A program made the position numbers and the translations under genes. Shown in pieces: positions 26,356 to 34,865 of a stretch of 34,865 nucleotides of DNA; position 1 is the first letter of the stretch; each line of letters begins with the position of its first letter. The notes beneath the pieces are model-generated. The model was given only the letters and a program-made list of their open reading frames with translations. It made no database searches and was not told the origin of the DNA. Origin of the DNA: Alphaproteobacteria bacterium (GTDB taxonomy: Bacteria; Pseudomonadota; Alphaproteobacteria; Sphingomonadales; Sphingomonadaceae); contig JAGWQR010000258.1 of assembly GCA_028869975.1 (NCBI GenBank), positions 1 to 34,865 on the forward strand, in the 5' to 3' direction.

Positions 26356-27627
26356 ATGGCGCGGATTGTAATGAAATTTGGCGGAACGTCGATGGCGGGG
26401 ATCGAGCGGATCCGCAATGTCGCGGGTCGGGTGAAGGCGGAAGTCGATGCCGGGAATCAGGTTGCGGTCGTCGTGTCCGCGATGGCAGGCGAGACCGACC
26501 GGCTGGTGGGTTTCTGCAAGGAGGCCGCGCCGCTCGCCGATCCGCGCGAATATGATGTGGTGGTGGCGAGCGGAGAACAGGTCACATCCGGCTTGCTCGC
26601 GATTACGCTGCAGGCGATGGGCTGCCCCGCGCGCTCTTGGCTCGGCTGGCAGCTTCCTATCCGCACTTCGGATGCGCACGCTTCAGCACGGATTGCCGAG
26701 ATCGACACTGTGGCGCTCGACAAAGCGCTCGCCAGCGGCGAAGTCGCCGTCATCCCTGGCTTTCAGGGCATGGAAGAGGGCGGGCGTGTCACTACATTGG
26801 GGCGCGGTGGATCGGACACATCAGCGGTCGCGGTGGCCGCCGCGATGAGGGCCGATCGCTGCGATATCTACACCGATGTCGATGGCGTCTATACCACCGA
26901 TCCGCGCATCGTGCCAAAGGCGAAGAAGCTCTCGCATGTCACCTATGAAGAAATGCTCGAGCTGGCGAGCGTGGGGGCCAAGGTGCTGCAAACCCGCTCG
27001 GTCGGCCTCGCGATGAAAGAAGGCGTGCGCGTGCGTGTGCTCTCCTCGTTCGATAACCCGGCAAGTGGGAATAACGACGGCACGCTGATCGTTTCAGATG
27101 AAGAAATTGCCAAAATATCCAAGGAACTGAATATGGAATCGCAACTCATCACCGGCATCGCCTATGACAAGAATGAGGCCAAAATCACACTGACCGATGT
27201 GCCCGACAAGCCGGGCGCGGTGAGCGCAATTTTCGGGCCGCTCGCCGATGCCAATATCAATGTTGACATGATTATCCAGAATATCGCGCACAATGCGGGC
27301 AGCACCGACGTGACCTTCACAGTGCCGGGGGCGGAGCTGGCGCGCTCGCTCGATGTGCTCGACAAGGCGCGCGGCGAGATTGGCTATGGCGCGCTGACGC
27401 ACGATACCAAAGTGTGCAAGGTCTCGGTCGTTGGCGTCGGGATGCGCAGCCACGCCGGAGTGGCTGCGACGATGTTCAAGGCGCTCGCTGAACGCGGCAT
27501 CAACATTCAGGCAATCTCAACCTCTGAAATCAAGGTGAGCGTGCTGATCGATGCCGATTTCACCGAACTCGCCGTGCGGGTGCTGCACACTGCCTATGAA
27601 CTGGATGGGGAAGATCAAGCGGGCTGA
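26356..27627 (+). CDS. lysC: Aspartate kinase (monofunctional, two C-terminal ACT domains)
   Basis: Motifs VMKFGGTSMAG, VVVSAMAGETD, TLGRGGSDTSAVAVAA and DVDGVYTTDPR. ACT region ITGIAYDKNEAKITL...VSVVGVGM. Confidence 0.95.
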   Translation: MARIVMKFGGTSMAGIERIRNVAGRVKAEVDAGNQVAVVVSAMAGETDRLVGFCKEAAPLADPREYDVVVASGEQVTSGLLAITLQAMGCPARSWLGWQLPIRTSDAHASARIAEIDTVALDKALASGEVAVIPGFQGMEEGGRVTTLGRGGSDTSAVAVAAAMRADRCDIYTDVDGVYTTDPRIVPKAKKLSHVTYEEMLELASVGAKVLQTRSVGLAMKEGVRVRVLSSFDNPASGNNDGTLIVSDEEIAKISKELNMESQLITGIAYDKNEAKITLTDVPDKPGAVSAIFGPLADANINVDMIIQNIAHNAGSTDVTFTVPGAELARSLDVLDKARGEIGYGALTHDTKVCKVSVVGVGMRSHAGVAATMFKALAERGINIQAISTSEIKVSVLIDADFTELAVRVLHTAYELDGEDQAG

Positions 27628-27653
27628 GCCAGGTCCTCACAAAATCTTCTTTT

Positions 27654-27704
27654 TTGACTCGTCAAACCGATATATATTATCATATCTTTATGTCATGATA
27701 TGAT
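27654..27704 (+). promoter_or_regulatory. Candidate promoter (-35 TTGACT 27654-27659, 18-nt spacer, -10 TATCAT 27678-27683) overlapped by an 8-bp inverted repeat ATCATATC-N10-GATATGAT (27679-27704)
   Basis: Read directly in the only strongly AT-rich intergenic stretch of this half of the window. The -35 is itself part of the palindrome TTGAC-TC-GTCAA (27654-27665). A strong SD AAGGAGGAG lies at 27727-27735. Confidence 0.4.
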
Positions 27705-27742
27705 TCAGATGTTCGTATCGGGTCAGAAGGAGGAGAGAAAGC

Positions 27743-28081
27743 ATGGCAATCGAGTTTGACGGCAAGACCATCGAAACCACCGCGATGGGTTATCTGGTGG
27801 ATCCCGAGGATTGGAGCAAGGAACTGGCCGCGCATATGGCCAGGGAAGAAAGCATCACACTGGGGCCCAAGCATTGGGATCTGATTGATTATTTGCGCGA
27901 GGAGTATTTCGACAATAATGGCAACCAGCCCAACACCCGCCATATCATCGCGGCGATGAGCGAGAAATGGGATGCCAAGCTGAGCCAGCGCGATCTGTAT
28001 GACCTGTTCCCGCTCGATCCTTCAAAACAGGGCGGGCGGATTGCCGGCCTGCCCGAATCCCGGCGCAAGGGCGGATATTGA
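27743..28081 (+). CDS. TusE/DsrC/DsvC-family protein lacking the conserved C-terminal cysteine(s)
   Basis: 112 aa. It aligns along its length with E. coli TusE as I recall it (F.GK.IET..GYL...W, HW..I.....Y, LY.LFP..P.KQ..RIAGLP). It ends ...IAGLPESRRKGGY rather than ...GLPKP..C(V/I). The whole protein contains no Cys. Confidence 0.88.
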   Translation: MAIEFDGKTIETTAMGYLVDPEDWSKELAAHMAREESITLGPKHWDLIDYLREEYFDNNGNQPNTRHIIAAMSEKWDAKLSQRDLYDLFPLDPSKQGGRIAGLPESRRKGGY

Positions 28082-28123
28082 CACTCTGCACGCGGCGCGG
28101 CTAGGACCCGCAGCACTGATCCG

Positions 28124-28145
28124 GCCATCCGGGTGCCTCCGGATG
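28124..28145. repeat. Perfect 8-bp inverted repeat CCATCCGG-N6-CCGGATGG between the tusE-like and NMO genes (possible terminator or operator)
   Basis: Read directly. There is no adjacent U-tract. Confidence 0.5.
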
Positions 28146-28167
28146 GAACGGGCACGTTGACTTTTTA

Positions 28168-29175
28168 GTGGGGCTGGCCGTGTCGAACCTGACTTATTTG
28201 ATGGCGCGCGGCTGCGCGTTTCTCGGTTCAGAATATGCCATTATGGCGGGGGCGATGTCGTGGATTTCCGAGCGGCACCTTGTCTCCGCCATGTCGAACG
28301 CGGGCGGCTTTGGCGTGATCGCGTGCGGCGCGATGACGCCTGATCTGCTTGATGCCGAGATTGCCGCCACAAAAGCGCTCACGACGAAACCGTTTGGCGT
28401 CAACCTCATCACCATGCACCCGGCGCTGATGGAGTTGATCGCGGTGTGCGGCAAGCACCACGTCTCGCGTATCGTGCTGGCGGGCGGGCTGCCGCCTGCC
28501 GGGTCGATTGATGCCGTTAAAGCGACCGGGGCCAAACTCATCGCCTTTGCCCCCGCGCTGGTGATGGGCAAGAAGCTGATCCGCGACCGGGTGGATGCGC
28601 TCGTTATCGAGGGCAGCGAGGCGGGCGGGCATATCGGCCCGGTCTCAACTTCGGTGCTTGCGCAGGAGATATTGCCCGAACTGGCAACACAAGTGCCGGT
28701 GTTCGTGGCGGGCGGCATCGGGCGGGGCGAGACGATTGCCGCCTATCTGCGCATGGGCGCGGCGGGTGTGCAGATTGGCACGCGGCTGGTGTGCGCGCAT
28801 GAGTGCATCGCCCACCCCAATTTCAAGCGCGCGTTCCTCAAAGCCAATGCGCGCGATGCGGTGGCGAGTGTGCAGATTGATCCGCGCCTGCCGGTCATCC
28901 CGGTGCGTGCGCTCAAAAATGCGGGCACGGAAGGCTTCACCGCCAAGCAGGTTGAGGTGGCGGCAATGCTCGATCGCGGGAATGTTGATATGCCCGCTGC
29001 ACAGCTTGAAATCGAGCATTATTGGGCGGGGGCGCTGCGCCGCGCGGTGATCGAGGGCGATGTCGAGCATGGCTCGCTGATGGCGGGGCAATCGGTCGGC
29101 ATGGTCAAGACGGAGGAGCCGCTTGCCGATATTCTTGCAACCCTGGTGCGCGAGGCTGATGCGGCGCTCGCCTGA
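28168..29175 (+). CDS. Nitronate monooxygenase / FabK-like FMN-dependent oxidoreductase (NMO family)
   Basis: Motifs IMAGAMSWIS...SNAGGFGVIA, FGVNLI, VIEGSEAGGHIG and VFVAGGIG...AAGVQIGTR. ATG 28201 is an alternative start. Confidence 0.85.
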   Translation: MGLAVSNLTYLMARGCAFLGSEYAIMAGAMSWISERHLVSAMSNAGGFGVIACGAMTPDLLDAEIAATKALTTKPFGVNLITMHPALMELIAVCGKHHVSRIVLAGGLPPAGSIDAVKATGAKLIAFAPALVMGKKLIRDRVDALVIEGSEAGGHIGPVSTSVLAQEILPELATQVPVFVAGGIGRGETIAAYLRMGAAGVQIGTRLVCAHECIAHPNFKRAFLKANARDAVASVQIDPRLPVIPVRALKNAGTEGFTAKQVEVAAMLDRGNVDMPAAQLEIEHYWAGALRRAVIEGDVEHGSLMAGQSVGMVKTEEPLADILATLVREADAALA

Positions 29176-29233
29176 GCGCCAGCGCTGACCGGGACGCCGG
29201 TTTGCTAACAGAGTGTTAACCATTTTTACCTAT

Positions 29234-29259
29234 CCCGCTGAAAGGAACAAACCAGCGGG
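29234..29259 (+). promoter_or_regulatory. 7-bp GC-rich hairpin CCCGCTG-N12-CAGCGGG ending 6 nt before the GT2 start codon
   Basis: Read directly. The 3' arm covers the position where an SD for ATG 29266 would sit. Function unknown. Confidence 0.25.
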
Positions 29260-29265
29260 GCAGAC

Positions 29266-30435
29266 ATGTATCATGATCGGGCATTGGCGGGCATAACCCG
29301 CACACATGGGGCACCCAAAACAGCGCCGCAGCATTTTGTGCCCGCCTCAGCGCCCGCGCTCGATTGCGCGATCATCGTGCCGACTTATAACGAGGCCGGC
29401 AATGTCGGCCTGCTCGCCAAGGCGCTTGAAGCGGCGCTGGAAGGCTGGGCGTATGAGATCATCTTTGTTGACGACTGGTCGCTCGATGGCACACCCGATG
29501 TGGTGGCGGCGATGGCACAGGCCGATCCACGCATCCGGCTGATCCGGCGCTTTGGGCGGCGCGGGCTGTCGTCGGCGGTGCTGGAAGGGATGCTCGCCAG
29601 TGTCGCGCCGATCCTGGCGGTGATCGATGCCGACATGCAGCATGACGAGAAGCTGCTGCCCGCATTGCTTGATGCGATCCGGGGCGGCGGGGCAGATGTG
29701 GCGATTGGCTCGCGCTATTGTGCTGAGGGCTCGGTCGGCAACTGGGGTGGCACGCGCGAGGCGGGAAGCCGCTGGGCGACGCAACTCGCGCAGCTTGCGC
29801 TCAAAGCGCCGCTCACCGATCCGATGAGCGGCTTCTTTGCGGTGCGGCGCGATGTGATGCTGAGTGCCTTGCCCAGAATGTCGAACATGGGGTTCAAGGT
29901 GCTGCTCGATATGGTGGCGTCGCTCCCCGCCGCCCCGCGCGTGGCCGAGCTGCCCTATACCTTCCGCAACCGCCATGCCGGCGAGAGCAAGCTCGATTCG
30001 ACCGTGGTGATCGATTTTCTGATGCTGCTCATCGACAAGAAACTGGGCGGGCGGGTGCCGCCGCGCATGATTATGTTCGGCGCGATTGGCGTGCTCGGCC
30101 TTGGCGTGCATCTGAGCGTGCTGACGCTGGCCATGGCGCTGGGTGCATCCTTCATTGTGGCACAAACAGGCGCGGTGTTGAGTGCGATTGCTTTCAACTT
30201 CATCCTCAACAACAGCCTGACCTATCATGACAAGCGGCTGCGCGGGCCGGCGATGCTCAGGGGCCTGGCGATATTCTATGCGGTGTGCGGGCTGGGCGCG
30301 CTCGCCAATGTCGGGGCGGGGTCGGTGGTGTTTGCGCACGATCACAAAGCCTGGCTGGCGGGGATTGCGGGCGCGGTTGTCGGCTCGGTGTGGAATTTTC
30401 TCATCTCGTCGCTGACAGTGTGGAAGAAAAAATAG
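29266..30435 (+). CDS. Family-2 glycosyltransferase (polyprenyl-phosphate sugar synthase type, ArnC/Dpm1-like) fused to a C-terminal GtrA-like 4-TM domain
   Basis: Motifs IIVPTYNEAGNV, IFVDDWSLDGTPD and DADMQHD (DxD), then about 120 aa of hydrophobic helices with the GtrA-like pattern (FNFILNNSLTYHD...VWNFLISSLTVWKK). The N-terminal 25 aa and the exact start are uncertain. Confidence 0.82.
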   Translation: MYHDRALAGITRTHGAPKTAPQHFVPASAPALDCAIIVPTYNEAGNVGLLAKALEAALEGWAYEIIFVDDWSLDGTPDVVAAMAQADPRIRLIRRFGRRGLSSAVLEGMLASVAPILAVIDADMQHDEKLLPALLDAIRGGGADVAIGSRYCAEGSVGNWGGTREAGSRWATQLAQLALKAPLTDPMSGFFAVRRDVMLSALPRMSNMGFKVLLDMVASLPAAPRVAELPYTFRNRHAGESKLDSTVVIDFLMLLIDKKLGGRVPPRMIMFGAIGVLGLGVHLSVLTLAMALGASFIVAQTGAVLSAIAFNFILNNSLTYHDKRLRGPAMLRGLAIFYAVCGLGALANVGAGSVVFAHDHKAWLAGIAGAVVGSVWNFLISSLTVWKKK

Positions 30436-31905
30436 ATGCAGTCGGCGCTTGTCCGGCTGGAGGCAAAGCCGCTTGTCCTGTTTGTGCTGTTGCTGGTGTT
30501 TGCGCTGGCGATCCGGGCGATTACATTCGGTAATCCCATATTGGGCGTCGATGACCAATTCTATCTGCTGGTCGGTGACCAGATGGTGCATCATGGGGCC
30601 ATTCCCTATGTCACAATTTTTGATCGCAAGCCGGTAGGGCTGTTTCTGATTTATGCGGCGATTCGCGAACTGGGTGGCGATGGCTTTGTGGAATATAAGC
30701 TGGTGGCGTGCCTGTTTGTCGCCAGCGGCGGGCTGCTGATATATCGCGCGGCGCGGCCGATTAGCTCGGCGCTGGGCGCATTTGTGGCAGCGCTGATCTA
30801 TATGCTCTGGCTCGGCTTTATGGAAGGCGAGGGCGGGCAATCCCCGGTGTTTTACAACCCGCTGATGATTGGCGCGGCGCTGCTGACCTGGGCCAGCGTC
30901 GAGAAAGCCTCACGACGGCGCGCGCTTGGCGCGCTGGCGATGCTATGCGTCGGCCTTGCGCTGCAGATCAAATATACCGTTGTGTTTGAAGGGATTTTCT
31001 TCGGCCTCGTCTTGATGTGGGGGCAATGGCGAGATGCCAAAAGTCTGGGCAGAACACTTGGCGCTGGCGCGTTCTGGGCCGGTATCGCGCTGCTTCCGAC
31101 TGCGCTGGCAATGAGCTATTATTGGCATATTGGTGCGTTGCATGAGTTTCTGTTTGCCAATTTCTATTCTGTGTTCGGGCGCGCTTATCTGCATCAGTCT
31201 TATACGCTGCTGCTGGCGGGATCGGCGGCGATAGTGCTTGCTCCGCTGATTGTGCTGGCGCTTGTTGCAGTACGCGAGGGCAAGTTGACGCCGCGCTGGG
31301 TCTTTTATTTCGGCTGGCTGGCGGTTTCGATCTTCGCACTGGTGGCGTTTGGCAGCTTTCTCGACAAACATTATGCGCTGCCCGTGATTGCGCCCGTCAG
31401 CCTGCTGGTGGCCCCCTATTTCGGTCGTGATGAAGCGCGCGCGCACTTTGCCGCGCGTTTCATTGCCATCGCGCTGCTGCTCAACCAGCTTTCGCTCAAC
31501 GCAACGGCCTATCTGCTTGGCGGGCGGGCAGAAGCACAGACATTGGCTACGGCGGCGCAGCCCAAACATGGCTGTCTCTATGTTGCGAGCGATTATCCCG
31601 CGCTCTACATGATGACGCATAGCTGCCTGCTGACCAAATGGATTTTCCCGGCGCATTTGCGCGATCGCAAGGAAACCAGCCTGAGCGCGCTCGGCGTTGA
31701 TCCGGTTGCGGAACTTGGCCGGGTGCTGGCGCAGCGGCCCGAAACGATCGTCGATACACGTTCAGATTCGGATGAGGACAATCCAGCATCGCGCCGCCTG
31801 CTCTATGGCGTGCTGGCGCAAGACTATCATGCTGTGCAGCGCGTGCAGCTCCATTACGGCAATTTTGTTACCGTCTACCGTCGCAATGACGCGCCGCCGG
31901 GGTGA
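30436..31905 (+). CDS. GT-C fold membrane glycosyltransferase (ArnT/PMT_2-like, family 39/83-type)
   Basis: 489 aa with about 11-12 predicted TM helices. The first periplasmic loop carries an acidic motif (GVDDQFYLL) followed by FDRKPVGLFL, like the DExxY / DKPP signatures of ArnT/PMT enzymes. The ATG directly abuts the upstream TAG. Confidence 0.65.
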   Translation: MQSALVRLEAKPLVLFVLLLVFALAIRAITFGNPILGVDDQFYLLVGDQMVHHGAIPYVTIFDRKPVGLFLIYAAIRELGGDGFVEYKLVACLFVASGGLLIYRAARPISSALGAFVAALIYMLWLGFMEGEGGQSPVFYNPLMIGAALLTWASVEKASRRRALGALAMLCVGLALQIKYTVVFEGIFFGLVLMWGQWRDAKSLGRTLGAGAFWAGIALLPTALAMSYYWHIGALHEFLFANFYSVFGRAYLHQSYTLLLAGSAAIVLAPLIVLALVAVREGKLTPRWVFYFGWLAVSIFALVAFGSFLDKHYALPVIAPVSLLVAPYFGRDEARAHFAARFIAIALLLNQLSLNATAYLLGGRAEAQTLATAAQPKHGCLYVASDYPALYMMTHSCLLTKWIFPAHLRDRKETSLSALGVDPVAELGRVLAQRPETIVDTRSDSDEDNPASRRLLYGVLAQDYHAVQRVQLHYGNFVTVYRRNDAPPG

Positions 31906-31921
31906 GATTTAACGCGTCGGA

Positions 31922-33316
31922 TCAGATGTGAATAGGCTTGCCGGTTACCGCCATCGCCGCTTCCTTCATCGCTTCCGAATGCGTGGGGTGGGCGTGGCAG
32001 GTATAGGCAATATCCTCTGAGCAGGCACCAAACTCCATTGCCTGCGCCGCCTGCGCGATCATCGTGCCGGCGAGCGAGCCGATGATGTGCACGCCGAGCA
32101 CGCGGTCGGTTTTGGCGTCGGCGATGATTTTGACGAAACCGTCGGTATCGCGGTTGGTTTTGGCGCGGCTGTTGGCGAGGAAGGGGAATTTACCGATCTT
32201 CACCTCGCCGCGTTCCTTCGCCTGTGCTTCGGTAAGGCCAACTGACGCGATTTCAGGGTGCGTGTAAACCACGCCGGGGATGACATCATGGTTGACGATG
32301 CCGACCTCGCCCGCGATGAAATCGGCGGCGGCCATGCCTTCATCCTCGGCCTTGTGCGCGAGCATGGGGCCAGGGGTGACATCGCCGATCGCGTAAATGC
32401 CGGGAACCGACGTTTGGAAATCATGCCCGACTTCGATCTGCCCACGTGCGTTAGGTGTCAGGCCCGCCTTGTCGAGTGCCAGCCCATCAGTGTTCGGCCT
32501 GCGGCCGATGGCGAGGAGGACGGCATCGGCGGCAAGCGTTTCGGTGGCACCCCCCGCAGCGGGTTCGACACTGACCGTGGCGGTTTTGCCTTTAACGGCA
32601 ACGCCCGTCACCTTGGTTGCGCATTTCAGCACAAAGCCTTGGCGTGTATAGATTTTCGCGGCTTCCTTGCGCACTTCGTCATCCATGCCTGGCAGGATCT
32701 GATCGAGAAACTCGACCACCGTCACCTGCGCGCCCAAACGCAGCCACACCGAGCCTAGCTCCAGCCCGATCACGCCACCGCCGATGACGACGAGGTGCTT
32801 TGGAACGGCGGGCAGGGCGAGCGCGCCGGTAGAATCCACCACGACCTTGCCATCAACGTCAACGCCCTTGAGCGGCGCCACCGAAGAGCCCGTGGCGATG
32901 ATGATGTTCTTGGCCGTAACCGCCTTGCCGCCGACATCGACGCTGTACGGCCCGGTGAACGCTGCCTGGCCCTTGAGCCAGTCAACCTTGTTCTTCTTGA
33001 ACAGGAATTCGATGCCGCCGGTGAGTTCCTTGACCGCTTTGGCCTTTTCGGCGTGCATCGCGTCGAGGTTGAGCGATGCCCCCTTGATGTCGATCCCGAA
33101 CTTGGCGAGCGCACCCGAATGCGCCTCCTCATAGAGTTCGGACGCATGGAGCAGCGCCTTGGAGGGGATGCAGCCGACATTGAGGCAGGTGCCGCCCAGC
33201 GTCTCGCGACTTTCCACGCACGCGGTTTTCAAACCGTGCTGGCTGCTGCGAATGGCGGCAACATAGCCGCCGGGGCCTGCCCCAATCACGAGAACATCAT
33301 AGTCATAGTCGGCCAT
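31922..33316 (-). CDS. lpdA: Dihydrolipoyl dehydrogenase (E3)
   Basis: Motifs VLVIGAGPGGYVAA, redox disulfide GGTCLNVGCIPSK, and HAHPTHSEAMKEA. Confidence 0.96.
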   Translation of the reverse strand: MADYDYDVLVIGAGPGGYVAAIRSSQHGLKTACVESRETLGGTCLNVGCIPSKALLHASELYEEAHSGALAKFGIDIKGASLNLDAMHAEKAKAVKELTGGIEFLFKKNKVDWLKGQAAFTGPYSVDVGGKAVTAKNIIIATGSSVAPLKGVDVDGKVVVDSTGALALPAVPKHLVVIGGGVIGLELGSVWLRLGAQVTVVEFLDQILPGMDDEVRKEAAKIYTRQGFVLKCATKVTGVAVKGKTATVSVEPAAGGATETLAADAVLLAIGRRPNTDGLALDKAGLTPNARGQIEVGHDFQTSVPGIYAIGDVTPGPMLAHKAEDEGMAAADFIAGEVGIVNHDVIPGVVYTHPEIASVGLTEAQAKERGEVKIGKFPFLANSRAKTNRDTDGFVKIIADAKTDRVLGVHIIGSLAGTMIAQAAQAMEFGACSEDIAYTCHAHPTHSEAMKEAAMAVTGKPIHI

Positions 33317-33327
33317 AATCAGGCTCC

Positions 33328-34535
<1,208 letters not shown>

Positions 34536-34539
<4 letters not shown>

Positions 34540-34865
34540 GCTGCTTTGCCTTTCCGTTGACGGCGGACTTCGCCGCGCACGCTTTGGCCGAGCGCATCGG
34601 CAACGAGCGCGGCCTGTTCAAGTTGATGGCGTCGGGCGAGGCCTGTGGCGGGTGATGCGCTCGCCGCACGCCCGGCATAGCGCACATGTCTGGGGTGCGC
34701 CTTGGCCTCCTCCAGACAGCGCCTGATCTGTTCGCCAACAAAAAACCAGGCACCATTGTTGCGCGGCTCCTCTTGCGCCCACACCACCTCTTCGAGCGCG
34801 GTCATGCGCTTGAGGCGCGCCACCAACGGCTCGGCGGGGAAGGGATAGAGCTGCTCGATCCGCAC
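34536..34865 (-). CDS. sucA: 2-oxoglutarate dehydrogenase E1 component, C-terminal ~109 codons (5' end outside the window)
   Basis: The motifs EQLYPFP and [17 protein letters not shown] are characteristic of the E1o C-terminus. The gene lies directly upstream of sucB. Confidence 0.9.

Noticed and set aside
27609-27656. GAAGAT...ATCTTC plus T-tract after lysC as an intrinsic terminator
   Set aside because: The stem is only 6 bp with a ~28-nt loop. That is too weak to call, although the T-run (27647-27656) may contribute to termination.
29347-30840. 497-aa ORF on the minus strand spanning both glycosyltransferase genes
   Set aside because: It lies antisense to two genes with clear family motifs. 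Its translation is Arg/His/Pro/Gln-rich low complexity with no motifs, which is the usual shadow ORF of high-GC DNA.

Overview
High-GC alphaproteobacterial core-chromosome segment. MipZ, the argD-argF-hslO run, divergent ubiG/lysC and sucA-sucB-lpd fit Sphingomonadales best, but that placement is inference only. I call 31 protein-coding loci, tightly packed on both strands: a partial UbiH-family hydroxylase, ftsK, a frameshifted membrane methyltransferase, a low-GC orphan secreted protein, mutS, a DUF2233 lipoprotein, maeB, panC, mipZ, a secreted ankyrin protein, an sco-ycgN-ygjP-like-carbonic anhydrase operon, an M48/TPR protease plus DsbA, rne, an AmiC-like amidase, a 57-codon ORF, argD-argF-hslO, ubiG, lysC, a cysteine-less TusE/DsrC homologue, an NMO/FabK-like oxidoreductase, a GT2-GtrA plus GT-C glycosylation pair, and lpdA-sucB-sucA (partial). 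I found no rRNA, tRNA, CRISPR array, transposase, integrase, prophage or recognisable defence or toxin-antitoxin module. I do not see a convincing new multi-gene system; this looks like ordinary housekeeping DNA with a few local oddities. The most checkable are: (1) a 1-nt frameshift exactly at a C8 homopolymer in the membrane methyltransferase gene; (2) a roughly 1-kb low-GC insert carrying an orphan secreted coiled-coil protein next to mutS; (3) a DsrC/TusE-family protein with no cysteines, behind an AT-rich promoter with an 8-bp inverted repeat; (4) a translationally coupled GT2-GtrA / GT-C pair with unknown acceptor; (5) a terminator-like hairpin only about 20 nt upstream of argD. All family calls come from reading motifs in the translations; no database search was run.
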